From: Candidatus Eiseniibacteriota bacterium
GTDB taxonomy: Bacteria > Eisenbacteria > RBG-16-71-46
Direction of reading: 5' to 3'
NCBI GenBank assembly: GCA_963717935.1
Contig: CAVQXP010000004.1
Location: forward strand, 1,504,001 to 1,568,000
Length of the DNA: 64,000 bases
Numbering within the stretch: position 1 is the first letter of the stretch; each line of letters opens with the position of its first letter. The notes below the pieces were generated by a model, which saw only the letters and a list, made by a program, of their open reading frames with translations, made no database searches and had not been told where the DNA came from. Positions 49,519-59,208 of this stretch are shown here, one piece after another. The translations under genes and the position numbers were made by a program.

Positions 49519-50760
49519 ATGTCCGTCATCCAGCCGTTCCGGGCCTACCGGCCGCGCCCCGATCAGGCCCGCGAGGTCGCGAGCTTCCCCTACGACGTGC
49601 TCTCCTCCGCCGAGGCGCGCGAGCTGGCGCGCGGGAACCCCGTCTCCTTCCTGCACGTCTGCAAGCCGGAGATCGACCTCGACCCGGCGATCGACGTGCA
49701 CGACGACCGCGTCTACGCGCAGGGGCGCGAGAACCTCCGCCGGCTCATCGCCGACGGGGTGCTCGTGCGGGACGCGAGCCCCTGCCTCTACGTCTACCAG
49801 CAGCGCATGGGGGACCACGTCCAGGCGGGCCTCGTCGCGCTGTGCAGCGTGCGTGAGTACGAGCAGGACCTCATCAAGAGGCACGAGCACACGCGCCCGG
49901 ACAAGGAGGACGACCGGACCCGCCACGTCACGGAGGCCAACGCGAACGCCGAGCCGGTCTTCCTGGCCTACCGGGCCCGCAAGGAGATCGACCGGATCGT
50001 GGACGCCGTGCGCGCCCGCCCGGCCGCCTGCGACTTCGTCGCCACCGACGGCATCGGGCACGCGCTCTGGGTCATCTCCGACCCCGCGGAGGTCGCGGCC
50101 CTCGTGAAGCTCTTCGCCGGCCTCCCCGCGCTGTACGTGGCCGACGGCCACCACCGCACCGCCGCGGCCGCGCGCCACGGCAGGCAGATGCGCGACCGGC
50201 ACCCGGGCGGCCGCGGGGACGAGCCGTACGAGTCCTTCATGGCCGTGGTCTTCCCGCACGACCAGCTCAAGATCCTCGACTACAACCGCGTCGTGAAGGA
50301 CCTGAACGGCCTGAGCGCCGATCAGTTCCTCGCGAAGGTCGCGGAGCGCTTCGTCGTCGGGCCGGGGCAGGCGGTCACGCCCGCCACGCCGCACGGCTTC
50401 GGGATGTTCCTCGGCGGGAAGTGGCACCGGCTCGAGGCGCGCCCCGGGACGTACCCGGCCGACGACCCCATCGGGGGGCTCGATGTCTCGATCCTGCAGG
50501 ACAACCTGCTCGCGCCCGTGCTCGGCATCACCGACCCGCGCAAGGACACGCGCATCGACTTCGTCGGCGGCATCCGCGGCCTGGGCGAGCTGGAGAAGCG
50601 CTGCCGGGAGGGCTGGGCGGTCGCCTTCGCGCTCCATCCCACTTCGCTCGACGAGCTCATGCGGGTCGCCGACTCCGGGGTGGTCATGCCGCCCAAGTCC
50701 ACCTGGTTCGAGCCCAAGCTGCGCAGCGGGCTGACCGTGAACCTGCTCGACGAGGCCTGA
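49519..50760 (+). CDS. DUF1015 family protein
   Basis: I.PFRAYRP, PYDV, IKRHE.T, YVADGHHR, YNRVV, MPPKSTWFEPKLRSGL. Confidence 0.9.
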   Translation: MSVIQPFRAYRPRPDQAREVASFPYDVLSSAEARELARGNPVSFLHVCKPEIDLDPAIDVHDDRVYAQGRENLRRLIADGVLVRDASPCLYVYQQRMGDHVQAGLVALCSVREYEQDLIKRHEHTRPDKEDDRTRHVTEANANAEPVFLAYRARKEIDRIVDAVRARPAACDFVATDGIGHALWVISDPAEVAALVKLFAGLPALYVADGHHRTAAAARHGRQMRDRHPGGRGDEPYESFMAVVFPHDQLKILDYNRVVKDLNGLSADQFLAKVAERFVVGPGQAVTPATPHGFGMFLGGKWHRLEARPGTYPADDPIGGLDVSILQDNLLAPVLGITDPRKDTRIDFVGGIRGLGELEKRCREGWAVAFALHPTSLDELMRVADSGVVMPPKSTWFEPKLRSGLTVNLLDEA

Positions 50761-50765
50761 GGGCG

Positions 50766-50826
50766 TTCACAAACCCTTCACACAAGCCCTCCGCGGATTG
50801 ACGCCTCTGCAGGGCCTGTCTACACT
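50766..50826 (+). promoter_or_regulatory. sigma70 promoter with upstream 11-bp-period direct repeat
   Basis: TTCACA-N5-TTCACA (50766-50782); TTGACG-N17-TACACT (50798-50826). Confidence 0.65.
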
Positions 50827-50890
50827 TGCTTGCCCTTGAAGAAAGGTAAGGCCGGTGGCGACGTCTGCGTTCGCGGGAGGGAGCAGGGTG

Positions 50891-51235
50891 ATGATCGGGT
50901 TGCGCTCCATCCGGCTCATCACGCTCGTGCTCACCGTCGTGTGCTGTGCGACGGCGGCGCTGGTGATGTCCGAGCTCCGGACGGATTCGCCTTCCGCCGC
51001 TCATCACGACGGCGGCCAGTGCCCCGATTCCGGTCCGGACGGCGCCCCCTGTGAGGCCGGTTGCGCGTGCGTCTGCTGCCCCGGGCAGATCCCGGTCTCC
51101 CTGCCGCACGAGACCGGCATGGAGTCCGGCACCCTGCCGGTGTGCCGCCACCCCGGGCTGCCACTCCACGAACTCCAGCCGGACGATCACATTCAAAGCA
51201 TCTTCCATCCACCGCGGCGCCTCACTCCAGCCTAG
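50891..51235 (+). CDS. Small Cys/His-rich leader protein (DUF2946/CzcI-like) heading the metal efflux operon
   Basis: N-terminal hydrophobic segment, HH...C...CEAGCACVCC, C-terminal IFHPPR. Confidence 0.65.
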   Translation: MIGLRSIRLITLVLTVVCCATAALVMSELRTDSPSAAHHDGGQCPDSGPDGAPCEAGCACVCCPGQIPVSLPHETGMESGTLPVCRHPGLPLHELQPDDHIQSIFHPPRRLTPA

Positions 51236-51329
51236 GGAGCGGTGTCGGACGCGCTCAGTCGCGTCCGCGCCAGAGGCGTAGTCGGGCATCCCCCGAGGGT
51301 TGCCCCATCGCGAAAGCAGGTGGATGCAG

Positions 51330-52637
51330 ATGCGATCGTCCGTTGCCAGGACGGTCTCGGCGACGAGACTGGGCCTGGCTCTCCAGACCGTTCTTGCCCT
51401 TCACGTCATCGCCGCCACTCCGGCGCGCGCGGCGCCGCCGTCCCTGCCGTCGCAGGTGAGCATCACCGCGGACACTCTCAGGCTCGGCTGGCCGGACATC
51501 GTCCGCCTGGCCGGCCAGCATCCCGCTCTTTCCGTGGGGCGCTGGGGCGTGGCCGCTGCGCTGGGTGCGGCCGACGCGGCCGGGACGCCGCCGAACCCGA
51601 CGCTCGACGCCACCCTCACCCGCGGTGAGACCCCCGAGCGTCTTCGGGAGCGGCCCGAATGGGACCTTGGGCTCACCCTCCCGCTGGGCTGGATCGCGCA
51701 ACGCCACCACCTCGTGCGCGCCGCGAGCGCGCAGGTGGACGCCAGCCGGGAAGAGGCGAGGGCGATCCGGCGGGATGTCCTGCTGGAACTCCGCGCGATC
51801 TTCTGGAACCTCGCCTACGAGCAGGTCCGCGTGGCCGCGCTCGACACCCTGCACGGCCAGACCGCAGAACTCGCGCGGCGGGTCTCCAGGCGTGTCGAGC
51901 AGGGCGAGGCCCGGCCGGCCGAGGTGACCCGCGTCGAGATCGAGCTGGAGAAGGTCGCGATCGAACTCGATGCGAGCCGGATCGCGCTGGGCGCCCGCCG
52001 GGACCAGTTGAAGCTGTGGATCAGCGGCGACGGTGGCCGGGAAGTGGTGGTCGAGGCGGAACTCGCGAACCTCCCTGAGGTTCCCGGCCTGGACGCGGCG
52101 CTGGCCACCGCCCGTTCGAGTCACCCCGGGCTCGGGGCGGCGCGCGCGCGGGTGCGGGCGCTCGCCGCGGAGGCCGGCGCCGAACGGATGGCGCGGGTCC
52201 CGGGCATCGAGCTCAGGGGGTTCACGGCCCGAGAACTCGAGCGCCGTACCTGGGGCGGCGGGATCGCCCTCGGTCTGCCGCTCTGGGACTGGAACTCCGG
52301 ACGGATCGCGCGAGCCGGGGCCCAGCTCGAAGCCGGCAGGAAGCGGATCGAGTGGGAGACGCGGCAGACCGAATCGGCGGTCATCGAGGCGCAGGCTGCG
52401 TGCCTGACCGCGACCCGCACCGTGGAACGCTACCGGGACCGGATCCTCCCGCGTGCCGAGTCCGCGGCCGCGATCATGGAGAAGACCTACCGGCTCGGCG
52501 AGGCGGGCCTGCTCGAGCTGATCGACGCCCGGCGCGTGCTGGTGGAGACGCGCCTGCGCTACCTCGCGACACTCGTCCAGGCCCAGTTGGACTGCAGCCA
52601 TCTCAGCGCCCTTACCGGGCAGGAGGACACCCCGTGA
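51330..52637 (+). CDS. TolC-family outer-membrane efflux protein (CzcC-like)
   Basis: Signal peptide, PNP.L, LPLWDWN.G.I..A, Y.LGE..LLEL.DA.R. Confidence 0.88.
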   Translation: MRSSVARTVSATRLGLALQTVLALHVIAATPARAAPPSLPSQVSITADTLRLGWPDIVRLAGQHPALSVGRWGVAAALGAADAAGTPPNPTLDATLTRGETPERLRERPEWDLGLTLPLGWIAQRHHLVRAASAQVDASREEARAIRRDVLLELRAIFWNLAYEQVRVAALDTLHGQTAELARRVSRRVEQGEARPAEVTRVEIELEKVAIELDASRIALGARRDQLKLWISGDGGREVVVEAELANLPEVPGLDAALATARSSHPGLGAARARVRALAAEAGAERMARVPGIELRGFTARELERRTWGGGIALGLPLWDWNSGRIARAGAQLEAGRKRIEWETRQTESAVIEAQAACLTATRTVERYRDRILPRAESAAAIMEKTYRLGEAGLLELIDARRVLVETRLRYLATLVQAQLDCSHLSALTGQEDTP

Positions 52638-53971
52638 AGAGGACGACCCGCGCCGCGCTCTCCATCGCCGCGCTCCTCATGGTCCTGTCCGCCGCGTCGT
52701 GCGGCGGACCCGTCGCCAGCGCGGCCCGGAAGGCCGCGCCCCCCGGGGAGGCCCCGGCTGGCCGCCCCGCCACGTCGGGGGAGAAGGACGAGCGGCCGGA
52801 GATGTCGGATCTCGACCGTCCGCTCGAGGAGTTGTTCGCCATGACCTGTGAACACCAGCGGAAGACCTTCGAGTGCGCAGAATGCCGCTACGAGACGGGG
52901 GTCGTGCACGCGCCGGCGGGGCTCTTCGCCGGCGGGCTCCTCAAGACGCAGAAGGCCGTCCGGGAGCGGATCGCGATCCCGCTGCAATTGACGGGCGAGG
53001 TGCGCTTCGACGAGCGGAGGGTCACGCATCTGAGCACCCAGGCCGAGGGGATCGTCCGCGGGGTCCACGTCGCGCTCGGGGACCGGGTGAGCCGTGGGCA
53101 GGCCCTGATCGAGATCGAGAGTACGGCGGTGGGCGAAGCCGAGGGCGCCTGCCTGGAGACGCAGGCGGTGCTGCGGCTCACCCGGCGCAACCACGAGCGG
53201 GCGCTCGAGCTGCGCAGCGAGGGGATCTCGTCGGAGAAGGAATATCTCCAGGCCCGCCAGGAGCTCGAAACCGCGGAGATCCACGCGGAGTCCGCGCTGG
53301 GTGCGCTGATCCGCCTCGGCATGCCCGTGGCCGATGCGCGGAAACTGAGCCCGGCGTCCGCTCGCGGCCGCCTGACGCTGTACGCTCCGGCAAACGGCAC
53401 GGTGCTCTTCCTGCACGCGGTCCCGGGAGAGGTCGTCCGGACCGAGGAGTCCCTGGCGACCATCGGCGACAACGCCAGCGTGTGGGTGTGGGCCGATCTC
53501 TACGAGCGGGACATCGCCCGATTCGCCCGAAAGCAAATCGAACAGCGGATGGCGGCGACGGTGACCGTCAAGGCCTACCCTGGCGAGGAGTTCCGCGGCA
53601 CCGTGGACTTCGTCAGCCCGGTCATGGACGAAGCCTCGCGCACCGTCCGGCTGCGCATCGTGGCGACGAACCCGGGCGGGCGCCTGTTCGCGGGGATGTT
53701 CGCCGACGTGAAGGTCTACCTGCCCGGCGAGGAGGAAGCGCTGGCGTTGCCCCGGAACGCCGTGCTGGAGGACGAGGGTCGCTCCTTCGTCTTCATCCAC
53801 CACCACGGCGACTACTACGTGCGCCGTCCGGTCGAACCCGGGCGGTCCTGGGGCGACCGGGTCGAAGTGCTCCGGGGGCTCGAGGGCGGTGAAACGGTGG
53901 TCGCCGACGGCTCGTTCCTCCTGAAGTCCGACGTCCTGCGCTCGAAGATGGGCGCGGGCTGCGCCGACTGA
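52634..53971 (+). CDS. RND efflux periplasmic adaptor (CzcB/CusB-like) with Cys-rich N-terminal module
   Basis: GIV..V...LGD.V..GQ.L, AP..G.V, VWV.ADLYE, SRTV..R, RRPV..G, GL..GE.VV..G. Confidence 0.92.
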   Translation: MKRTTRAALSIAALLMVLSAASCGGPVASAARKAAPPGEAPAGRPATSGEKDERPEMSDLDRPLEELFAMTCEHQRKTFECAECRYETGVVHAPAGLFAGGLLKTQKAVRERIAIPLQLTGEVRFDERRVTHLSTQAEGIVRGVHVALGDRVSRGQALIEIESTAVGEAEGACLETQAVLRLTRRNHERALELRSEGISSEKEYLQARQELETAEIHAESALGALIRLGMPVADARKLSPASARGRLTLYAPANGTVLFLHAVPGEVVRTEESLATIGDNASVWVWADLYERDIARFARKQIEQRMAATVTVKAYPGEEFRGTVDFVSPVMDEASRTVRLRIVATNPGGRLFAGMFADVKVYLPGEEEALALPRNAVLEDEGRSFVFIHHHGDYYVRRPVEPGRSWGDRVEVLRGLEGGETVVADGSFLLKSDVLRSKMGAGCAD

Positions 53972-53981
53972 GGGAGGCGCC

Positions 53982-56900
53982 GTGCGACTCGTGACCTTGT
54001 TGCTGCACAACCGGTTCGTCGTCCTGCTGGCGACTGGGTTCCTGGTCCTCGCCGGTGTCGTTGCCTGGATGCGTCTGCCCATCGACGCCTTCCCGGACGT
54101 CACCAACACCCAGGTGATGATCCTGAGCAAGGCCGCAGGGCTCGCCGCGCTCGACGTCGAGCAGCAGGTGAGCTACCCGATCGAACAGGTGATGCGGGGC
54201 CTGCCCCGGGTGACGCAGGTCCGCTCGATCTCCAAGGCCGGGTTGTCCCAGGTGGTCATCATCTTCGAGGACGGTGCGGACACGTACTGGACCCGCCAGG
54301 TCGTCTTCGAGCGTCTGGCCTTGGCCCGGAATCAGCTTCCGCCGGGGGTGGAGCCGGAGCTCGGCCCGCTCAGCACCGGTCTGGGCGAGGTCTTCCAGTA
54401 CACGCTGGAGGGCGAGGGGCAGACCCCCATGGAGCTGCGCACCATCCAGGACTGGCTGGTCGCGCCGCTGCTCAAGCCGATCGAGGGCGTGAACGAGGTC
54501 AACAGCTTCGGCGGGCAGGTCAAGCAGTACCAGGTGCTGCTCGCCCCCGAGCGGCTGCTCCAGTACGGCCTGACGGCCCGCGAAGTGGTCGAGGCGGTCG
54601 AGCGCAGCAATGCCAACGCGGGCGGCGGCGTGCTCGTGCGCGACTGGGAGCAGGTCTACCTGCGCGGCGTGGGGCTGCTCCGGGACATCCCGGACATCGA
54701 ACGGATCGTGCTCAAGTCCGTGAACGGCTCACCCGTGTACCTGCGGGACGTGGCCGAGGTCGTCATCGGCGCGGAGCCGCGCCAGGGCGCAGTGAGCCGT
54801 GACGGCAGGGGCGAGGTGGTGGCCGGCATGATCATCATGCTCAAGGGCGCGAACTCGCAGGACGTGGTCGGCCGGGTCAAGGAGGCGGTGGGCCGGATCC
54901 AGGGCACGCTCCCCCCGGGGTCCGCATCAACGTGTTCTACGACCGCACCTCCCTCATCGAAGCCTGTATCGCGACCGTGCTCGACGCGCTCCTCGCGGGC
55001 GGGATCTTCGTCATCCTCGTGCTGTTCCTGTTCGTGGCCGAGCTGCGCACCGCGCTGATCGTCGTCTTCTCCCTGCCGCTCACCTTCCTCATCAGCTTCA
55101 TCGTCATGCGCATGGCGGGGCTTTCCTCCAACCTGATGAGCCTGGGCGGCCTGGCCTTCTCGGTCGGGATGGTGGTGGACGCCTCCATCGTCGTCGTGGA
55201 GAACGTCCGCCGCCACCTCGCGGACCGGGGCCGGTTGGACACGAAGCGGGTGATCGTCACCGGGGCGGTGGCCGAGGTGGCGCGCCCGGTCGCCTTCTCG
55301 GTGCTCATCGTCGCGATCATCCTCGTGCCACTGTTCACGCTGCAGAGCGTCGAGGGCAAGATGTTCGTGCCGCTCGCGCTGACGCTGCTGATCGCGCTGC
55401 TGGTCTCGCTCGGGGTGGCGTTCACGGTGGTGCCCGTGCTCGCCGACCTCGCGCTCCAGCACGTGCCCGAGCGGGAATTCGGCTTCATCCGCCGCCTCCA
55501 CGAGGGATATCTGCGGCTCCTCGCCTGGGCGCTGCGGCACCGCGCCCGGACCCTGGGGATCGCGGGAACCCTGCTGGCCGGCTCCCTGGCGCTCGTTCCG
55601 TTCCTCGGCACCGAGTTCATGCCGCCGCTCGACGAGGGCTCCATCGCGGTGAACGTGGTGCGCCTGCCGAACGCTTCGCTGGACGGCTCGGTCAAGGTCG
55701 CCGCCTTTCTGGAGCAGCGGTTGCTCAAGTTCCCCGAGGTGCAGACCGTGGTCAGCAAGACCGGCCGGGCCGAGATCTCCGAGGACCCCATGGGCCCGGA
55801 GCAGACCGACCTCCTCATCATGCTCAAGCCGCGCAGGAAGTGGGGCGCCGGCCGCAGTAAGACCGAGCTGGTCGAAGCCATCCAGAAGGACCTTGGCGAG
55901 ATCCCCGGCCTGCGCTACTCCTTCTCCCAGCCCATCGCGCTGCGGGTCAACGAGCTCATCTCGGGGGTGAAGAGCGACCTGGCCGTGAAGATCTTCGGGC
56001 CCGATCTCGACGTGCTCAAGCGCTTCGCCGACCGCAGCGCCGCCGAGATGCAGGGTGTGCGCGGCGCCCGCGACGTCAAGGTCGAACAGGTCTCCGGGAT
56101 GAGCCAGCTCGACGTGGTGATCGACCGGGAGGCCGCGGCACGCCACGGCATCAGCATCGGCACCGTCAACGATGTCATCGAGACGGCCGTCGCGGGCCGG
56201 AAGGCGACCACGCTCATCGAGGGGCAGCGGCGCTTCGCGGTGGTCGTGCGGTTTCCGGAGGAGGCGCGCCGGGACATCCCCGGGATCGAACGACTGCTCG
56301 TTCCCGCGCCCGGGGGCGAGCGCGTCCCGCTGGCGCAGATCGCGCGGTTCCGGATGGTCGAGGCGCCGGCCCAGGTGAGCCGCGAGAACGGCATGCGCCG
56401 GGTCGTGGTCGAGGCCAACGTGCGGGGTCGGGACCTCGGGAGCTTTGCCCGGGACGTGCAGGCCAGGATCACCCCGCTCGCGAGGCAGCTGCCACCGGGG
56501 TACTTCATCGGCTATGGCGGGCAGTTCGAGAATCAGCAGCGCGCCATGCGGCAACTCCTGATCGTGGTGCCGATCGCCCTGCTCCTCATCATGGTCCTGC
56601 TGTACCTGGCGCTGGGCTCGATCTCGAGCTCGCTCCTTGTGCTGCTGAACCTCCCGTTCGCGCTCGTGGGGGGCGTGATCGCGGTGGTCGCATTCCGGAT
56701 GCCGCTCTCGGTCTCGGCCGCGGTGGCCTTCATCGTGCTGCTGGGGGTCGCGGTGCAGAACGGAGTGGTGCTGGTCGCCTTCTTCCGGCAGCTCCGCGAG
56801 CGCGGCGAGAGCGTCGCGGACACCATCACGCGGGGTTGCGACGTGCGGTTCAGGCCGCTGCTCATGACCGCGCTGACGAGCTTCATCGGGCACTTGCCGA

Positions 56901-57052
56901 TGCTCTTCGCGACCGGTTCGGGAGCGGACATCCAGAAGCCGCTCGCGGTGGTGGTGATGGGCGGGCTGGTGACGAGTACGCTGCTCACCCTGGTGGTGCT
57001 TCCGGTGATCTATGGCTGGATCGAGGGCCGGCGAGCGGGCGCGCAGGGCTGA
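53982..57052 (+). CDS. CusA/CzcA family heavy-metal RND transporter, one frameshift in a C/G homopolymer run near 54911-54920
   Basis: LPIDAFPDVT, GP.STGLGE, GMVVDAS.V.VEN, EFMP.LDEG, GVAVQNGV, R.RP.LMTA; ORFs 53982-55058 and 54932-57052 join if one G is restored. Confidence 0.93.
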
Positions 57053-57064
57053 CCAGCAAGCGCG

Positions 57065-57097
57065 CGGGCCCGGCCGCCGTGCAGGTGGCCGGGCCCG
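57065..57097. terminator. Hairpin between convergent czcA-like and fumarase genes
   Basis: CGGGCCCGGCCGCC-gtgca-GGTGGCCGGGCCCG. Confidence 0.6.
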
Positions 57098-57112
57098 TCG
57101 CTCGCGTCGCGG

Positions 57113-57691
57113 CTACGCCTTCAGCAGCTCCTCGTAGACCTTCTTCGACTCCGCGCGCACCTGGTCGTGGATGCTGTTGCCATGCGAGTCCATGGTGACG
57201 ATCACCGGGAAGTCCTCCACCCGGGTGACCCAGAAGGCCTCGGGGGTGCCGAACTCCTCGAGCTTGTGGACCGCGACGACCTCCTTGACCGACTGGGCGA
57301 TCGAGGTGCCGCAGCCGCCCACCGCGTGGAAGTAGACCGCGCCGAACCTGCGGCACGCCTCCAGGGTGGCCGCGCCCATGCCGCCCTTGCCGATCACGCC
57401 GCGCACCGTGTAGCTCTCGATCACCTTCGCCTGGTAGGGCTCCTCGCGCGCGCTGGTCGTGGGACCCGCGGCGACGAACGACCAGCGGTCGCCTTGCTTC
57501 TTCACCACCGGGCCGCAGTGGTAGATGACGCCCCCGCGCAGCAGGTCGTCGAGGAAGCGCGGCCGCTCCTCCACCATCAGCTTGTGCCCGGCGTCGCGGG
57601 CGGTGACGACGATCCCGGTGAGGAGCACCGTGTCGCCCACCTTGAGTTCGCGGATCTTCGCCTCGGGGATCGGGATCTCAAGCCGGATCAT
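57113..57691 (-). CDS. Class I Fe-S fumarate hydratase, beta (C-terminal) subunit
   Basis: LKVGD.V.L.G...TARD.GH, YHCGP, GPTTS.R, IGKGG, D.HGNS. Confidence 0.9.
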   Translation of the reverse strand: MIRLEIPIPEAKIRELKVGDTVLLTGIVVTARDAGHKLMVEERPRFLDDLLRGGVIYHCGPVVKKQGDRWSFVAAGPTTSAREEPYQAKVIESYTVRGVIGKGGMGAATLEACRRFGAVYFHAVGGCGTSIAQSVKEVVAVHKLEEFGTPEAFWVTRVEDFPVIVTMDSHGNSIHDQVRAESKKVYEELLKA

Positions 57692-58556
57692 ACGTAGCCT
57701 CCCCGTTCTTCAGCGTCATCTCCTTGCGCCGGCAGGCCCAGCACATGTAGGAGATGGCGACGTAGAAAGTGGCCGGATGGCGGTGCTGCCAGCCCGCGAA
57801 GACGCCGAGCACCGTCGTCTTCCCGCCGAAGCCCATCGGCCCGATGCCGAGCCGGTTGAGGTCGGCGTGCAGCTCCTTCTCGAACGCGTCGAGCGCCGGG
57901 TCCTCGTTGACCGAGCCGAGCCGGCGGAAGAACTGCTCCTTCGACAGCAGGTAGGAGGTCGAGCGGTCCCCGCCGATCCCCACGCCGATCACGCCCGGGG
58001 CGCAGCCCATCCCCTGGGCCTTGTAGACCGCGTCGAGCACGCACTTGCGGATGCCCTTGAGGTCGCGGCCCGCGCCCAGCGCCGAGTCCGGCAGCTTGTA
58101 CTGCGTCCCCACGTTCTCGCTGCCGCCGCCCTTGAGCATCAGCTTCACGCGGACCTCGTCCTTCTCCCACGCCTTGAAGGTCACGTAAGGGGCGTTCAGG
58201 CCGACGTTCGTGCCGGTGTTCTTCCCGGTGAGCGGGTTCACCGCGTTCGGCCGCAGCAGGACGTCCTTCGTCGCCTTCTCCGCAGCCTGCTCGATCGCCC
58301 TGCGGAAGGCGATCGTGTCCAGCCCGACCGGGTGATGGACGTAGAAGATCATCGAGCCGGTGTCCTGGCAGATCGGCGTGACGTTGCGGCGCGCCATCGC
58401 GACGTTGTCGAGGATCGCGCCGAAGGTGTTCGCCGCCGTGGTCCCCGGCGGCTCCTTCCCCTGCGCCTCCCGCAGGGCGGCCTCCACGTCCGAGGGCAGC
58501 TCGGTCGAGGCGCTCCGGATCAACGTGTACAGCTGCTGGACGAGTCTCTCGCTCAC
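57678..58556 (-). CDS. Class I Fe-S fumarate hydratase, alpha subunit
   Basis: PICQDTG, LRPN.V, KGGGSEN, C.PG.IGVGIGG, LGIGPMG.GG.TT, CWACR. Confidence 0.9.
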   Translation of the reverse strand: MSERLVQQLYTLIRSASTELPSDVEAALREAQGKEPPGTTAANTFGAILDNVAMARRNVTPICQDTGSMIFYVHHPVGLDTIAFRRAIEQAAEKATKDVLLRPNAVNPLTGKNTGTNVGLNAPYVTFKAWEKDEVRVKLMLKGGGSENVGTQYKLPDSALGAGRDLKGIRKCVLDAVYKAQGMGCAPGVIGVGIGGDRSTSYLLSKEQFFRRLGSVNEDPALDAFEKELHADLNRLGIGPMGFGGKTTVLGVFAGWQHRHPATFYVAISYMCWACRRKEMTLKNGEATYDPA

Positions 58557-58666
58557 GAGGCCTCCTGGATGAGGACACATGCGACACGCCGGAGGATTCT
58601 AGGAGCGGGGGAGCGGGGTCGCAAACGCAGCGGTTCGCGGTGGCCCGCCACGTGGGCGCTGAGGAA

Positions 58667-58737
58667 GCGGGGTGCGGGGATGGCGGTGGGCGAGCGCATG
58701 GTGCCTCTGCTCGCCCACCGCCATCCCCGCACCCCGC
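58667..58737. repeat. Perfect 29-bp inverted repeat with a 13-nt loop (REP/MITE-like element)
   Basis: Arms 58667-58695 and 58709-58737; core shared with 39160-39188. Confidence 0.9.
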
Positions 58738-58906
58738 GCCGTGTTGCGCGCCAGCTCCCGCGCTGCGCGCCGTCGCGCTCCAGCCCCCGCGCCCCGTGGC
58801 CGGCGCCGCACGGCTGCGGCCGGGCGTACGGCGACGGGCTCCGCGAGCGAGCGCGGCCACGGGCCCGCGAGCGGGCTCGACAGGAGCGCTTTTCCCGCGC
58901 GTCTGC

Positions 58907-58936
58907 TTGACGGCGACCGGCGCCGCGGGGTTCAAT
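58907..58936 (+). promoter_or_regulatory. Putative sigma70 promoter of the trp leader
   Basis: TTGACG-N18-TTCAAT. Confidence 0.45.
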
Positions 58937-59001
58937 CATGTCACGAGTTCGGGCGGCATCGGCCGCCCGACCCGCACCGGATCGAAAGGAAGCCGACGTC
59001 C

Positions 59002-59082
59002 ATGTTCCGCATCTCCCGCAACCGATGGTGGTGGTGCTCGCGCCAGAGCAGCGGGAGGAGTGTGGGGGCGTGCATCACCTGA
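59002..59082 (+). CDS. trpL: Tryptophan attenuator leader peptide MFRISRNRWWWCSRQSSGRSVGACIT
   Basis: AAAGGAAG RBS, three tandem TGG codons, upstream of a terminator and trpB2. Confidence 0.88.
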   Translation: MFRISRNRWWWCSRQSSGRSVGACIT

Positions 59083-59108
59083 TCCGGACCTGACACACTC
59101 CATCTCCA

Positions 59109-59144
59109 CCCGTTGCAGACGTCCTGCGGCGGGTTTTTCGTTTT
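59109..59144 (+). terminator. Attenuator terminator of the trpB2 leader
   Basis: CCCGTTGCAG-acgtc-CTGCGGCGGG followed by TTTTTCGTTTT. Confidence 0.88.
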
Positions 59145-59208
59145 CCCGCCCGGGCCGAAGAGCGATCGAAGCCACGTCGAGCTCACGCACCCCACGCGAG
59201 GAGGACCC

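Noticed and set aside
54911..54920. Phase variation or programmed frameshift in czcA (similarly trpB2 near 59227)
   Set aside because: Short homopolymer runs with single-base loss in an assembly with many indels; sequencing error is more parsimonious
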